Shown: in pieces, positions 36,122 to 45,997 of the stretch
How positions within the stretch are numbered: the stretch's first letter is position 1
How the letters are laid out: every line of letters starts with the position of its first letter
From: a virus
Direction: 5' to 3' (one strand)
IMG/VR virus record: IMGVR_UViG_3300029288_006769
Coordinates: 186,367-250,366 of that record
Length of the DNA stretch: 64,000 bases
The notes under the pieces: model-generated
Told to the model about the DNA's origin: nothing
Database searches by the model: none
What the model saw: the letters and a program-made list of their open reading frames with translations, nothing else
Position numbers and translations under genes: made by a program

Positions 36122-37347
36122 TCTGATCTCTTTTTTCTACTTATTGTTGCAGCTTCAGATTTCTCTGTCTGTTCTTCTCCTGGTTTTTCTTCAAGTTTCT
36201 CTACAGGACTTTCACTAACTTCAGGGTTATCTTCTTCAATCTTGCTATCGACAGCATAAAACTTCCCTTCTTTAATCAAATCCCAAATCACTTTTTTCAT
36301 TTCAGGATGTTCATTTATAACAGTTTTAAAATCATCCTTTTTGAAATACTCAATAGATTCATCATAAAGCTCATCTTCGCTTCCAAGTTTTGCAAAATTA
36401 TACTTTCCTCTCTTGAACTCTTTCACAAAACCATTCATTTCAGCCACATACATAAGTTCACCATCCTGATCAATCCCAGTGCCATCATAACAAATTCTTA
36501 TGATTATAGGATCGGCTGGCAAACTTCCTGCTTTGTTCTTGTCGAATTTTACTTTGGCTTGATGAGCAAAAATCTTACCCGATGCATCACGTTCTTCTGT
36601 TTTTCTGATTTTTGAGACTCTATAAGAAATAGTGTCATAAAATGGCAATGCTGTTCCACCAGTACGGCTTTCAGGATTTGTACCATGCCTTGCTTGTGGA
36701 TTCATTCTTGTTTGATTTATGAAAATCAAAATTGTCTTAGAATTAGCAAGTACCATTGCTGACAAAATTTTCTTGAGACCTTTAGACATCATTGCTGCAA
36801 CAGAAGCCATTCGTTGAGACTCATCCATCCCTTTGTGAATCATTTCGAGGGGGACTAGCTGTGTCACGGAATCAACCATAATGATACCAAAGTTACCTGG
36901 CGTAACCACCTTAGTGACCTCTCCATCTGCATTAAGCTGAACATCACCAAGGATAGCCATCTCAATCATGTCGAATGCTTCTTCTCCGGAGATAACTGGT
37001 TTCACATAAAGGTTTGGTACATCAACGCCAAGTTGTTTTGCCCACCTTGATTGAAACTTGAATTGATTCTCAGCATCAATTATAAGATGGTCTCTTGTAG
37101 GATTCTTCTTTTGAGATTGAGCTAATGCCAAATAACCCATAAGAGTTTTCCCAGAGTGCTGTGGTCCATAGATCTCGATCACACTTCCTTCAGGGTACCC
37201 TTTACAATCGCCAATTGCTTCGTCCATCAAAAGAGAGCCAGTAGAAATTGAAGCCGGGGGCTTCAAAATAGAATTCCCGGCTTTTTCCCATTTGCCACCA
37301 AACTTTTCTTCAATTCGTTCAGCAGCTGATATTACTGTTTTTGCCAT
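36118..37347 (-). CDS. RecA/UvsX-like recombinase
   Basis: Walker A GPQHSGKT and overall RecA-core architecture; sits beside the SSB and RuvC genes. Confidence 0.85.
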   Translation of the reverse strand: MAKTVISAAERIEEKFGGKWEKAGNSILKPPASISTGSLLMDEAIGDCKGYPEGSVIEIYGPQHSGKTLMGYLALAQSQKKNPTRDHLIIDAENQFKFQSRWAKQLGVDVPNLYVKPVISGEEAFDMIEMAILGDVQLNADGEVTKVVTPGNFGIIMVDSVTQLVPLEMIHKGMDESQRMASVAAMMSKGLKKILSAMVLANSKTILIFINQTRMNPQARHGTNPESRTGGTALPFYDTISYRVSKIRKTEERDASGKIFAHQAKVKFDKNKAGSLPADPIIIRICYDGTGIDQDGELMYVAEMNGFVKEFKRGKYNFAKLGSEDELYDESIEYFKKDDFKTVINEHPEMKKVIWDLIKEGKFYAVDSKIEEDNPEVSESPVEKLEEKPGEEQTEKSEAATISRKKRSE

Positions 37348-37364
37348 GCTTGTTTCCCTTCAAA

Positions 37365-38534
37365 TTAGAATGGAATTCTCTTCCCTCTTTTGGAAGGTTC
37401 TTGAGCTGGTGCTTCAGCTTTCTTGACTTCGGCAACAATTTCTTTTGTAGGACGATGAGGATCAATATCGATCTTCAACTGTTTTGCCTTGACATAGAAA
37501 GGATGGATCTCTTCACAAGCATTCTTTACGGGACAATCAGAACACATCTTGTCGTTTTCATCAAAGTCGCCTTTGCATTCATAAACCTCAATGTTATGTT
37601 CGTCATCAACAGGCTGAGATTCAGCAACAGGTTCCGGTGCAGGTGTTTTTACTGGTTCAGGCTTTGGTTCAGTCTTTACTGATTCCGCCTGTTTTGTTGA
37701 TTCCCGTATTTCTTTTTCAACTTCTTCAACTGGATCAGGTGCCACTGTAGCAGCTTTCTCTTTTCTCGGCCGTCTTGAAGCAGTCTCCTCTCCAAGATAC
37801 TGAGAAATCTCATTGTAAGGAGCTTTAGCATTTTCAAGAATCTTTTTGATATCAGATGCCGACGTATTTTTTCTGAGTTCCTTAAGATCAAAACCTTTTT
37901 CAATAAGCTTTTTTTCATCAGCTGTCAAAGGTGATGTATTTCTATCGGGTACCGTCCGATATTCTCTTCTTTCTTTGCTGCCTGATGTGATGATTTCAAG
38001 ATCATATCCTGATTCATCATTTGATGGGCTTCCCCATTTTTTTGCAAAACCGAAAATTTCCTTATAAACAGTGCTACCAACACTCATTCTTTTGGGTGCA
38101 GGTTCTTTGACACCAGTTTCTTCATTTGAAACAAGAAGATCTTCACGATGAAGAACATTCATGTCATAACGAGTTTTTGCTGAGACACCTCCAACCTTTT
38201 TAAGAAGAGCTTCGACTTCAGGACTCTTGTCGGTCATGTCTTCTTCTTCTTTGAGGCGATGGATTTCGTCCCATTGAGTCGAGACCCAGTCACACACTGA
38301 ACATCTTTCATCAATGCCATGTGTTATGGGTTTTCCTACCTGTGTACCGTTCTGAGGAATCCAGTGTTGTTTATATCCATGAAATGGGAAATCTCCAGCT
38401 TTCTTTGAAGGAAGAATACGAACTGTATGAGTAGTATTGTCAAAAAACTTCATGTCACGAATTTTTTGTCTGGGTCTGTCTTCATCATCATAACGGTTAC
38501 CTTCGTCTAACCAAGGATTGGCTTTTTCTGCCAT
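37365..38534 (-). CDS. gp32-like single-stranded DNA-binding protein
   Basis: HTVRILPSKKAGDFPF aligns with T4 gp32 AVIRFLPSKNDEQAPF; H..C..C zinc-site residues follow; low-complexity C-terminal tail. Confidence 0.7.
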   Translation of the reverse strand: MAEKANPWLDEGNRYDDEDRPRQKIRDMKFFDNTTHTVRILPSKKAGDFPFHGYKQHWIPQNGTQVGKPITHGIDERCSVCDWVSTQWDEIHRLKEEEDMTDKSPEVEALLKKVGGVSAKTRYDMNVLHREDLLVSNEETGVKEPAPKRMSVGSTVYKEIFGFAKKWGSPSNDESGYDLEIITSGSKERREYRTVPDRNTSPLTADEKKLIEKGFDLKELRKNTSASDIKKILENAKAPYNEISQYLGEETASRRPRKEKAATVAPDPVEEVEKEIRESTKQAESVKTEPKPEPVKTPAPEPVAESQPVDDEHNIEVYECKGDFDENDKMCSDCPVKNACEEIHPFYVKAKQLKIDIDPHRPTKEIVAEVKKAEAPAQEPSKRGKRIPF

Positions 38535-38587
38535 TATAGGCCTCCATCTGTTAAAAAGTTTGAGTCGTTCGAATAACTTTAATTATA

Positions 38588-39208
38588 TCAAGTGGGCCAA
38601 CCATCGTTCACATTTAAATCAAGTTTTTCATCATCTTTTTTGTCTTCGTATTCCCTTTTAATATGATGATATTCTTTCTTAGGACCAAAAAATTTATTGC
38701 CACCAAGAGCATCAGCTTCCCATTTGAGCATTGAAGCTATAGTAACTATTTTGTCACCTTTTTCTCCCAAACCATTAGCAATTGCAAAAATATGTTTCAT
38801 GTTCTTTTTTGAAATAGCAATATCCTCAGACATACGTTCAAAATCAGGATCTGATTTGATCATGTCATCAACCATCTTGTCAGTCACACGGCCTTTTGCG
38901 ACTTTTTCAAGTTCTTTTCTATATTCCCCTGATTTTTTTGCTAACCAGATTTCGAACTTTGTTTTTAGAATGTCATATTCACATACCGACTCATTATATA
39001 TGACATTCCATCTTGCATGAACTAATGGGTTTTCTGCAAGCATTTTGAGAACCATTGGAAGAGTAAGTTTGTCAGCCATCGGAATATGTAAAGACTCTTC
39101 TAAGTCTTGTTCAACTACCTTGTCACCGATTTTGACTAAAACTTTGACAAAAAATTCTTCATCATCAGAAGAACAAGAATTAACGCCCTTTGTCTTTCGA
39201 GTAATCAT
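38588..39208 (-). CDS. hypothetical protein
   Basis: 206 aa. Confidence 0.45.
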   Translation of the reverse strand: MITRKTKGVNSCSSDDEEFFVKVLVKIGDKVVEQDLEESLHIPMADKLTLPMVLKMLAENPLVHARWNVIYNESVCEYDILKTKFEIWLAKKSGEYRKELEKVAKGRVTDKMVDDMIKSDPDFERMSEDIAISKKNMKHIFAIANGLGEKGDKIVTIASMLKWEADALGGNKFFGPKKEYHHIKREYEDKKDDEKLDLNVNDGWPT

Positions 39209-39878
39209 AATCTTTTTTAAACTCTTTTCTAAGAATATCTCTACTCAATCCAGTAAGATAAAGCATTTGTTTTGATCGTTCATAAACATTATATTGATTG
39301 CTTTGTTTGTTCAATTCTCTGAACAATGGATCCGACAATACAAATTCTATAGTATCAGGAATGATCTTGTAATTCCATTGTTTTGTCACTCCAGAAAGTG
39401 CTAAACTTGGTTTTTGAACAAGCTTTAATGTACCAATTCGATGAATTCGATATATTCTATATTTTCTAAGGACATTTGCTATAGTTGTTAAGTAGTAACA
39501 AAACAAAAATCTTGTATCTTTGACTTTTATTCCAAGCATTATTGAAATAAGTTTTAGTTGTTCTACAAAAGGCACACAATACTCGATAATAGTTTTTTTC
39601 GTATTCTTTATTCTTTCTCTAAAATCATCTGCAGGATTAAAATCGACTATATGATATCTGTGCCCATAAAGATTGTAACTATAAGGAACTACATAAAATT
39701 TTCCTAAACCAAATACGCATACACATCCTTGTTCAAGTAATCTTTTTCTTATAAAAAACGAAAATAGATCTATTACAAGCGTTATGTCTTGTGTTTTCAA
39801 GCCTGTTTTAGCCGACATAATTTCTAAGTGTTCAGCTTTGCTGGCTTCTAAAGGTTGTTTCCCAACGATCAAATTCAT
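39180..39878 (-). CDS. protein with an N-terminal HU/IHF-like DNA-binding domain fused to an unknown C-terminal domain
   Basis: the N-terminus MSAKTGLKTQDITLVIDLFSFFIRKRLLEQGCVCVFGLGKFYV follows the HU pattern (..LtK.d...v.d.f..i...L..G..V.l.GfG.F.v). Confidence 0.45.
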   Translation of the reverse strand: MNLIVGKQPLEASKAEHLEIMSAKTGLKTQDITLVIDLFSFFIRKRLLEQGCVCVFGLGKFYVVPYSYNLYGHRYHIVDFNPADDFRERIKNTKKTIIEYCVPFVEQLKLISIMLGIKVKDTRFLFCYYLTTIANVLRKYRIYRIHRIGTLKLVQKPSLALSGVTKQWNYKIIPDTIEFVLSDPLFRELNKQSNQYNVYERSKQMLYLTGLSRDILRKEFKKDYDYSKDKGR

Positions 39879-40734
39879 TTAAAAATTGCTCAAATTCTAA
39901 ATCTTTAAATTCTTGTTTTACGGCTTCAAAATCGATTTGTTGTTTTGTAAAATCCGGTTCGACATCAAGATCATCAATAATTTTTACAAGTTTATATGCT
40001 ATTTTTATATTTTCTAAATTCAATTTTATTTTTTGTTTTAAATCGTCTTTAGCATCCACCACACAACCTTTCCTATTTAACATTTTAAGATTGTCTGGAT
40101 TTTTTAAAATTTCATCTAATGAACCGTTGGCTATTATAAGTTTTGCGGCAGTTTTATCTCCCACACCCTCAATGCCAGGGATATTGTCGGTAGGATCACC
40201 AGTAATCGCCATAGCTTCAACAATTCGATCGGGTGTTATTCCATATTTGTCTATAACATATTGTACATTTTTTATGAGATTATTTGCTAGGGGATGTAGG
40301 ACTTCAACATGTCTTGAAATGAGTTGTTCAAAATCGTGATCCGAACTTATTATAAAAACTTTTTGTCCTTTTTTTCTAGACTTTATTGTAAGTGTCCCTA
40401 TTAAATCATCAGCTTCAATTGTTGGGAAATGGTATTGTTTTATTCCACACCAAGACAAAATCTTTCTAAGTTCGGCAAGCTGTTCATAAAAAGCATCTTC
40501 AAATCTTTTTCTTCCGCCTTTGTAATCAGGGAAAATAGCTTTTCTCCTGTTATTTCCCCCATCCCAAGTAAGGAAAAAAGTAGTATTTTTTCCACCATAT
40601 TCTCTTATTAATTTTCTGATAGAAATGAGAACAGAATAAATTGTTTCTGTTCTTTTTCCTTTACTTGTTGTCAAGGGTTCAAGAGAAAAATAGCAACGAC
40701 ATGCAAGTTGATTTCCGTCAATAATATTTACCAT
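39832..40734 (-). CDS. 5'-3' exonuclease / flap endonuclease (RNase H, Pol I 5' exo family)
   Basis: LTWDGGNNRRK..YKGGRK and IEADDLIG motifs. Confidence 0.8.
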   Translation of the reverse strand: MVNIIDGNQLACRCYFSLEPLTTSKGKRTETIYSVLISIRKLIREYGGKNTTFFLTWDGGNNRRKAIFPDYKGGRKRFEDAFYEQLAELRKILSWCGIKQYHFPTIEADDLIGTLTIKSRKKGQKVFIISSDHDFEQLISRHVEVLHPLANNLIKNVQYVIDKYGITPDRIVEAMAITGDPTDNIPGIEGVGDKTAAKLIIANGSLDEILKNPDNLKMLNRKGCVVDAKDDLKQKIKLNLENIKIAYKLVKIIDDLDVEPDFTKQQIDFEAVKQEFKDLEFEQFLNEFDRWETTFRSQQS

Positions 40735-40746
40735 GTAGCTTTTTAT

Positions 40747-42303
40747 TTAATTTTTTATAGCGTCAACAAAATATTTTGGGAAAAATTTGCTATTTTGTTT
40801 TAAGAAAAACTTGAACTGGCTATCCATTATGTAGATTGTACAAAAATCTTTGTCGTGTCTGACTCCACGTCCAGCAGCTTGTACAAGAGTAAGTGCTGTT
40901 TTCCAATTATACCATTCAGGATCAATTTCCATACGCTGCTTTATTTGTTTGTCGCCCAAAAACATGAATGGGAGTTTTACAATTACAACAAATCTTGCAA
41001 GATCATCTTTTAAATCAATACCTTCGGTCATTGATGGGGTTACAAGAACTTTTGGTTCGTCAGATAACATAAAATTGTTCAATGCTGCTGTTCTTGTAGA
41101 ACTATCATGAAGAATTATGCGTTCTCTGAATTTCAACCCAATATTTTCTTTGATATAGTTGGCAATTCGATATGTATGGCAATGTAAAAGTCCTTTTTCG
41201 GTGTCATGAAAATCTAAAATTTTCTCAATGTCTTGAACTACTTTGGGCAAACTTTCTTCAATATTGTTTTTTCCTAAATTCCCTGATCTTGTAAGAATTA
41301 TTGGTCTTATATCCGGAGAAAACGTCGATGGAACTTGAATGAATTTTGTTTTAGAAACTTCAAGATCTAAATTCCTGCAAAAACTTTCTTTATCTAAAAT
41401 TGTCGCCGACATGAATAATTTCTTTTCAGCATTTTTGAAAAGCAATCTTTGAGCAAAAAAACCGACAGTCAAAGGTTTGAATATAATTGTTTTTGAACGT
41501 AATTTTTCATTAGTTGTTATATCGAAAATCCATTCAACTTTTGTATAACTCTCAAGAAAAACTTTAACTCTTTCTTCTTGACTAGCAAGTCCTTCGAGTT
41601 CTTTTTGAAGATCTGAAATTATTTCTATATCAAGAAATTTATTCTTCAGTTTTTCTGTTACTTCTTTTTTTCGTTCCTTGATTATAGGGACTAGCATTCG
41701 AAGCCACTCTATATATTCATCAAGTTTTTCATAAATTGGTATTTTAGAAGTTACACCCAATTTTGAAAGATAAAGAGATGAAAAACTAAATTCGACAAAA
41801 GACATACATTCATCATCAAGACTATGAGCTTCGTCACATATCAAAAGCTTTCTTAAAGAAAATGTCCCAGTATAATTCGTAATACATAGAAAATATTTAT
41901 AGTTCATCAATGCAACATAAGATTCTACAGCCTGTTGCTTAGCAATTTCATAATAACATTCTGGTTTTATTGGACATTGTTTTGTAGAACAATAAGAATC
42001 TTCACAAGTAAAATTTGCATACAACTTACAAGGATAATTATTACGTCCTTTTAAAACACAAACTCTACCTGAACTATAATCTTTTACATATTGATCCTGA
42101 AGAATTTTTTGTGAAGTCAATAAAAAAGCAGATTTGTAATAAAGACCAAGGCTAATCGCAATGGCACTTTTGCCTGAACCTGTAGGACTTTCCAAAACAA
42201 CATTCTCTATTTCATCTGAATCAAGAGATTGTTGAATATCAAGAATGGTTTCTTTTTGATATGGTCTGAAAGTTTTATGAGGGAAAAAATCTAGAACGCT
42301 CAT
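40747..42303 (-). CDS. DinG/XPD-like Fe-S SF2 helicase
   Basis: Walker A ESPTGSGKS, DEAH box CDEAHSLDD, four-Cys Fe-S cluster insert. Confidence 0.8.
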   Translation of the reverse strand: MSVLDFFPHKTFRPYQKETILDIQQSLDSDEIENVVLESPTGSGKSAIAISLGLYYKSAFLLTSQKILQDQYVKDYSSGRVCVLKGRNNYPCKLYANFTCEDSYCSTKQCPIKPECYYEIAKQQAVESYVALMNYKYFLCITNYTGTFSLRKLLICDEAHSLDDECMSFVEFSFSSLYLSKLGVTSKIPIYEKLDEYIEWLRMLVPIIKERKKEVTEKLKNKFLDIEIISDLQKELEGLASQEERVKVFLESYTKVEWIFDITTNEKLRSKTIIFKPLTVGFFAQRLLFKNAEKKLFMSATILDKESFCRNLDLEVSKTKFIQVPSTFSPDIRPIILTRSGNLGKNNIEESLPKVVQDIEKILDFHDTEKGLLHCHTYRIANYIKENIGLKFRERIILHDSSTRTAALNNFMLSDEPKVLVTPSMTEGIDLKDDLARFVVIVKLPFMFLGDKQIKQRMEIDPEWYNWKTALTLVQAAGRGVRHDKDFCTIYIMDSQFKFFLKQNSKFFPKYFVDAIKN

Positions 42304-42746
42304 AAAAAACCAATATCTTGAACTCTTGCTTTTACTATTTTCGAGAAATAGGAAGGTCTAATCTTTACTATTCTTTTTCGCAATTCTATGATGACGCCAT
42401 CGATATCTGCTAAATCACCATGTTTGATGATTACATGATCCCCAATCTTAAATTCTGTTTGCCTTTGGGCTTTTAATTCTACGTCAGCAACATTCAATTT
42501 CTTGATTTGAGCTGTTGTAAATTTTTGAGGGTGCTTATTAGGACCAAGGAACTTTAATGTTCCCTCTGTAGCTAAAAAACTCTTTGCACTTTGTTGATCG
42601 ATTTCAATAGAACGAATAAAAACATAACCTGACAATTCATTTGATATTGAAATTTCACTGAACGATAATTCTTTTTGTTTCGAACTTAATTGTTCTTTGA
42701 TGAGTTGTTCAAACCCTTGATGAACTAACAATATATACCACGCCAT
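42300..42746 (-). CDS. NusG-like transcription antiterminator paralog (NGN + KOW)
   Basis: WYILLVHQGFEQ NGN start and KOW motif GDHVIIKHGDLADIDGVIIEL. Confidence 0.65.
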   Translation of the reverse strand: MAWYILLVHQGFEQLIKEQLSSKQKELSFSEISISNELSGYVFIRSIEIDQQSAKSFLATEGTLKFLGPNKHPQKFTTAQIKKLNVADVELKAQRQTEFKIGDHVIIKHGDLADIDGVIIELRKRIVKIRPSYFSKIVKARVQDIGFL

Positions 42747-43948
42747 TATTCTTCCAGCTTTGATTTTACTAAATTGACAACATGTCTTTTCATTTTGATG
42801 ACATGTCCTTTTGATCTCTTGTATTTCTTTGCTATATCCTCATCTCCATTTATATCATACTTAATGTTTCGAAGAATTTCTCTATACATAGAATTTCTTA
42901 AATTATCTCTAAGATCTTTTTCCAAGAGAAAAATATCTTCTATACTCATATTATATTGTTTTGCTAAAGCATAGAAAGAATTTTGCATTGTCGATTTGTT
43001 CCGAATTACTAAAAGCATTGCTTGCTTAAGTTCTTCAGGAGCATCTATTTCTTTTAATTCAAACATTTTATTGATATGAGAACAAAGATCCTTTGACATA
43101 TATTCATCTTCAAAATTTATTTGAGGAATCAGAGTTCTTTCGGAAGAAATAACTTCATCCCATGAACATTCCGGATCATCAAGTTCTACAGATTTAATAG
43201 ACGATATTTTTCTTTTTTGAGTTCCTAAAGATTGTAAAACTCTTTTAAAAGCACAGTTTATTACATACCAAGCATAAGTAGAAAAACAGGTATTACAAGC
43301 TATGTCAAACCATTTGCTTACTTGGATGAATAAAGCTGAAACTATATCCTGATAGAAATCATTTTCGGTTCGATCTCTATATTGAGCAAATTTGTGTCTG
43401 TTAAAACGTACAAAACTAATTATTATTTGATCCCATGTCTTTCCTCTTACGCCACGCTGATAGAGAATAATATTGAAAATCTTATTCTTCTCTCTTTGTG
43501 TTGTAGCATTTCTAAAAGCTCCTACAAGAATTCTTTCATCACGATCTTGGGGTTCTTCATTAACTTTAAGTTCGAGTTTTCTTTTAGGTTCTTTTGGGAG
43601 TCTAACTTTCTTTTCTCGTGGTGTTACTATTTTGATGGGAATAGCAGGAGGAATATAAGACGAAGGAACTTCGAACTCAAAATATTTTGAGAATAAATTT
43701 AAAAGTTCTTGTTCTGCATTAATTACGCCTATACATCTCATTTTCCCGAGATGCTTAAGTTTTGCTTCTTCTTCAGTGACTTCTGTGAAATTAGGGCCCC
43801 ATGTTGGATCAAAGGCAAGAAGCTGCACTCTTTTTCCAGAAAAACAAGCCTTTTTCCCAGACACATCACGAAAAATTATAAAATGTTTTGTTATGTCAGG
43901 AGTTATTGACTTGGGCAAAACATTCAAAAATAATTCTGATAATTCCAC
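42746..43948 (-). CDS. sigma-70 family RNA polymerase sigma factor
   Basis: region 2.3-2.4 FSTYAWYVINCAFKRVL and a C-terminal region-4 HTH; GTG start with RBS GAGGAATGT. Confidence 0.7.
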   Translation of the reverse strand: MELSELFLNVLPKSITPDITKHFIIFRDVSGKKACFSGKRVQLLAFDPTWGPNFTEVTEEEAKLKHLGKMRCIGVINAEQELLNLFSKYFEFEVPSSYIPPAIPIKIVTPREKKVRLPKEPKRKLELKVNEEPQDRDERILVGAFRNATTQREKNKIFNIILYQRGVRGKTWDQIIISFVRFNRHKFAQYRDRTENDFYQDIVSALFIQVSKWFDIACNTCFSTYAWYVINCAFKRVLQSLGTQKRKISSIKSVELDDPECSWDEVISSERTLIPQINFEDEYMSKDLCSHINKMFELKEIDAPEELKQAMLLVIRNKSTMQNSFYALAKQYNMSIEDIFLLEKDLRDNLRNSMYREILRNIKYDINGDEDIAKKYKRSKGHVIKMKRHVVNLVKSKLEE

Positions 43949-43954
43949 ACATTC

Positions 43955-44075
43955 CTCACAGTTCTAGCATAGAAGTTCTAGCAATTATTTAAAAAATTAA
44001 ACTGTAAAGGAAAGTTTTGCCAAGCAATTCGGAAGATTCACGTGACATTCTCATACCAACAGCTCCATTCTCATA
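43955..44075 (-). promoter_or_regulatory. direct-repeat cluster upstream of the sigma factor gene
   Basis: AGTTCTAGCA x2 (43960-43969, 43974-43983) and CATTCTCATA x2 plus TCTCATAC (about 44047-44090). Confidence 0.3.
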
Positions 44076-44124
44076 ATAATTATCTCATACATAAAACTAT
44101 AACTATAACACCTTAAAACATAAT

Positions 44125-45249
44125 TCAATGTAGGGCTAATGTAAACACCTTTTGCATCTTTTTTGCATCATCAAGTGCACGATCAAATTCCTCTTTCGTG
44201 CAGTCATCTGGGTCCTTCCCTTCAGGCAACACGAGATTAAAAACAGGGACATCTGTTAAATATTCTTCCATGATCTTTTGTGCAGCTTCTTGGCCCGGAT
44301 TTGATTTATTTCCATTCATATCGATTTTATCGTCATTGTCCAATGCAATATAGATACGTTCGAAATTTTGAACTAACTGTTTCATCTTATATGTATTCAG
44401 ATGACAACTCAAAAGCGCCACTACATTGTATCCAAATCTAATAATTTTCAATGCATCAAAAATACCTTCGCAAATAAAAACTTCTTTTTTGTTTTTTACG
44501 CTTTCATCCCAATTAAAAAACAATCTACTCATTGGCGTACCAAACGGGTAGAGAATCTTTTTATAGAGATACTTGTCAATGATTCTTTGTTTATCCTGTT
44601 TCGAAAGATTCCTTTTTTTCATTATAGCTTTTGCTTTTGCCCATATATCCGACTTACCCGACATATCTCTGGCAGCAAAAGTCACAAGCTTATTCTGTAA
44701 ATAGACAGGTATTATCAATCTGTCATGAAAAATTCTATCGTCAACACAATATCTCATACCATATTTTTTTATGTCTTCTAAACAAACACGTTTTTTTACG
44801 ATATCATAGTATTTTTCTGCTGGTTCGCTTGGCGGGAGTACGACTTCCTTTAATTCATTATTTTCTTCTTCATAACAATCGTTATCGAAGAATTGAAAAG
44901 TCGAATTTTTGACTATAGAAAAAACATCTACAGTTTCATTAATCCCGACTTGAATTTTTGCAAATTCAATTGCTTCCTTTGTAGTTTTAAGACCTTCAAG
45001 ATTTTTTATGAATCTTATGAAGTCTCCACCACCACAAACAAAACAATTGTAGATTCCTGTTTTTTCTTGAATAGAAAATGAAGGTGTTGTGTCATCATGA
45101 AAGGGGCAAGGGCACATAAACTCTCTGCCCTTTTGAGTCCTGTATGTTTTGAACTCTAGATTATAATGTTTAAGAACATTCTCAATTTTAACCCGAGAAT
45201 AAATTTCGTTATAAACTTTCTTATAATTCTCTATCATCATTTTTTGCAC
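44125..45249 (-). CDS. dnaG: DnaG-type DNA primase (CHC2 zinc finger + TOPRIM)
   Basis: CPCPFHDDTTPSFSI zinc finger and TOPRIM EGIFD. Confidence 0.8.
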   Translation of the reverse strand: MQKMMIENYKKVYNEIYSRVKIENVLKHYNLEFKTYRTQKGREFMCPCPFHDDTTPSFSIQEKTGIYNCFVCGGGDFIRFIKNLEGLKTTKEAIEFAKIQVGINETVDVFSIVKNSTFQFFDNDCYEEENNELKEVVLPPSEPAEKYYDIVKKRVCLEDIKKYGMRYCVDDRIFHDRLIIPVYLQNKLVTFAARDMSGKSDIWAKAKAIMKKRNLSKQDKQRIIDKYLYKKILYPFGTPMSRLFFNWDESVKNKKEVFICEGIFDALKIIRFGYNVVALLSCHLNTYKMKQLVQNFERIYIALDNDDKIDMNGNKSNPGQEAAQKIMEEYLTDVPVFNLVLPEGKDPDDCTKEEFDRALDDAKKMQKVFTLALH

Positions 45250-45997
45250 ATGTTTTCTTATATTGACAGAAAAAACAATCCTTTGTTCTCTGATTGAATT
45301 TGGGCTCTTTTAAAAAATCCTTTTTCGAAATTCTTTCGAGCATATTATTGACTTGCCTAAATAAAATCTCAAAATCTTCTTCAGTGCGTTGGGTGAACAA
45401 GATTTCACCATCGATCGGATATGCTAGTGCACCATGTATTGAATCAAGCGAATATTTATATAATTCCCTCACAAAAAAACTATAAAAAGTTAATTGTATA
45501 TTCTTGTCAATTTCTTTTTCTTTACTTTTTGATGTTTTCCAATCAAGACAGACAATCTCGTCATTCGCTAAAAGCATATCTATACGACCTGTAAGATGCA
45601 CATCGTCTAAAAAATGATTAATAAAAGGTATTTTACAATATTTCTCTATTTCAAGAATTTTAAAACTGCTCCAACGACTCTTCATTTTTTTGACGTTTTC
45701 TATTTGCAATCTTCCTTTTGCTATAGAATCTTCAAGTTCCTTTGAATTAGGAAAAGGTAGATTCTTTGCTTCGGTGCAAAAAGCTATAAACAATGAGGGC
45801 CATGCAGCAGAAATTTCGTCAAGACTCAGACCAAATTTGAAATGCAATTCAAGTGCTTTATGGAGTGTAGAACCAAAAGTCGTGAAAAGATATGCTTCAT
45901 CAGGTGTTCTCTCATCTAAAAACTGCCATTTATACATCTGAGAACATCTGAAAAAAGAAGATAAAGATGATGCAGAAACAGTTACTTGTGTTCTCAT
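45221..45997 (-). CDS. PD-(D/E)XK nuclease with C-terminal Cys cluster (Cas4/RecB-like)
   Basis: GRIDML...DWKTSK core and C-terminal CFFCQYKKTC. Confidence 0.6.
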   Translation of the reverse strand: MRTQVTVSASSLSSFFRCSQMYKWQFLDERTPDEAYLFTTFGSTLHKALELHFKFGLSLDEISAAWPSLFIAFCTEAKNLPFPNSKELEDSIAKGRLQIENVKKMKSRWSSFKILEIEKYCKIPFINHFLDDVHLTGRIDMLLANDEIVCLDWKTSKSKEKEIDKNIQLTFYSFFVRELYKYSLDSIHGALAYPIDGEILFTQRTEEDFEILFRQVNNMLERISKKDFLKEPKFNQRTKDCFFCQYKKTCAKNDDREL

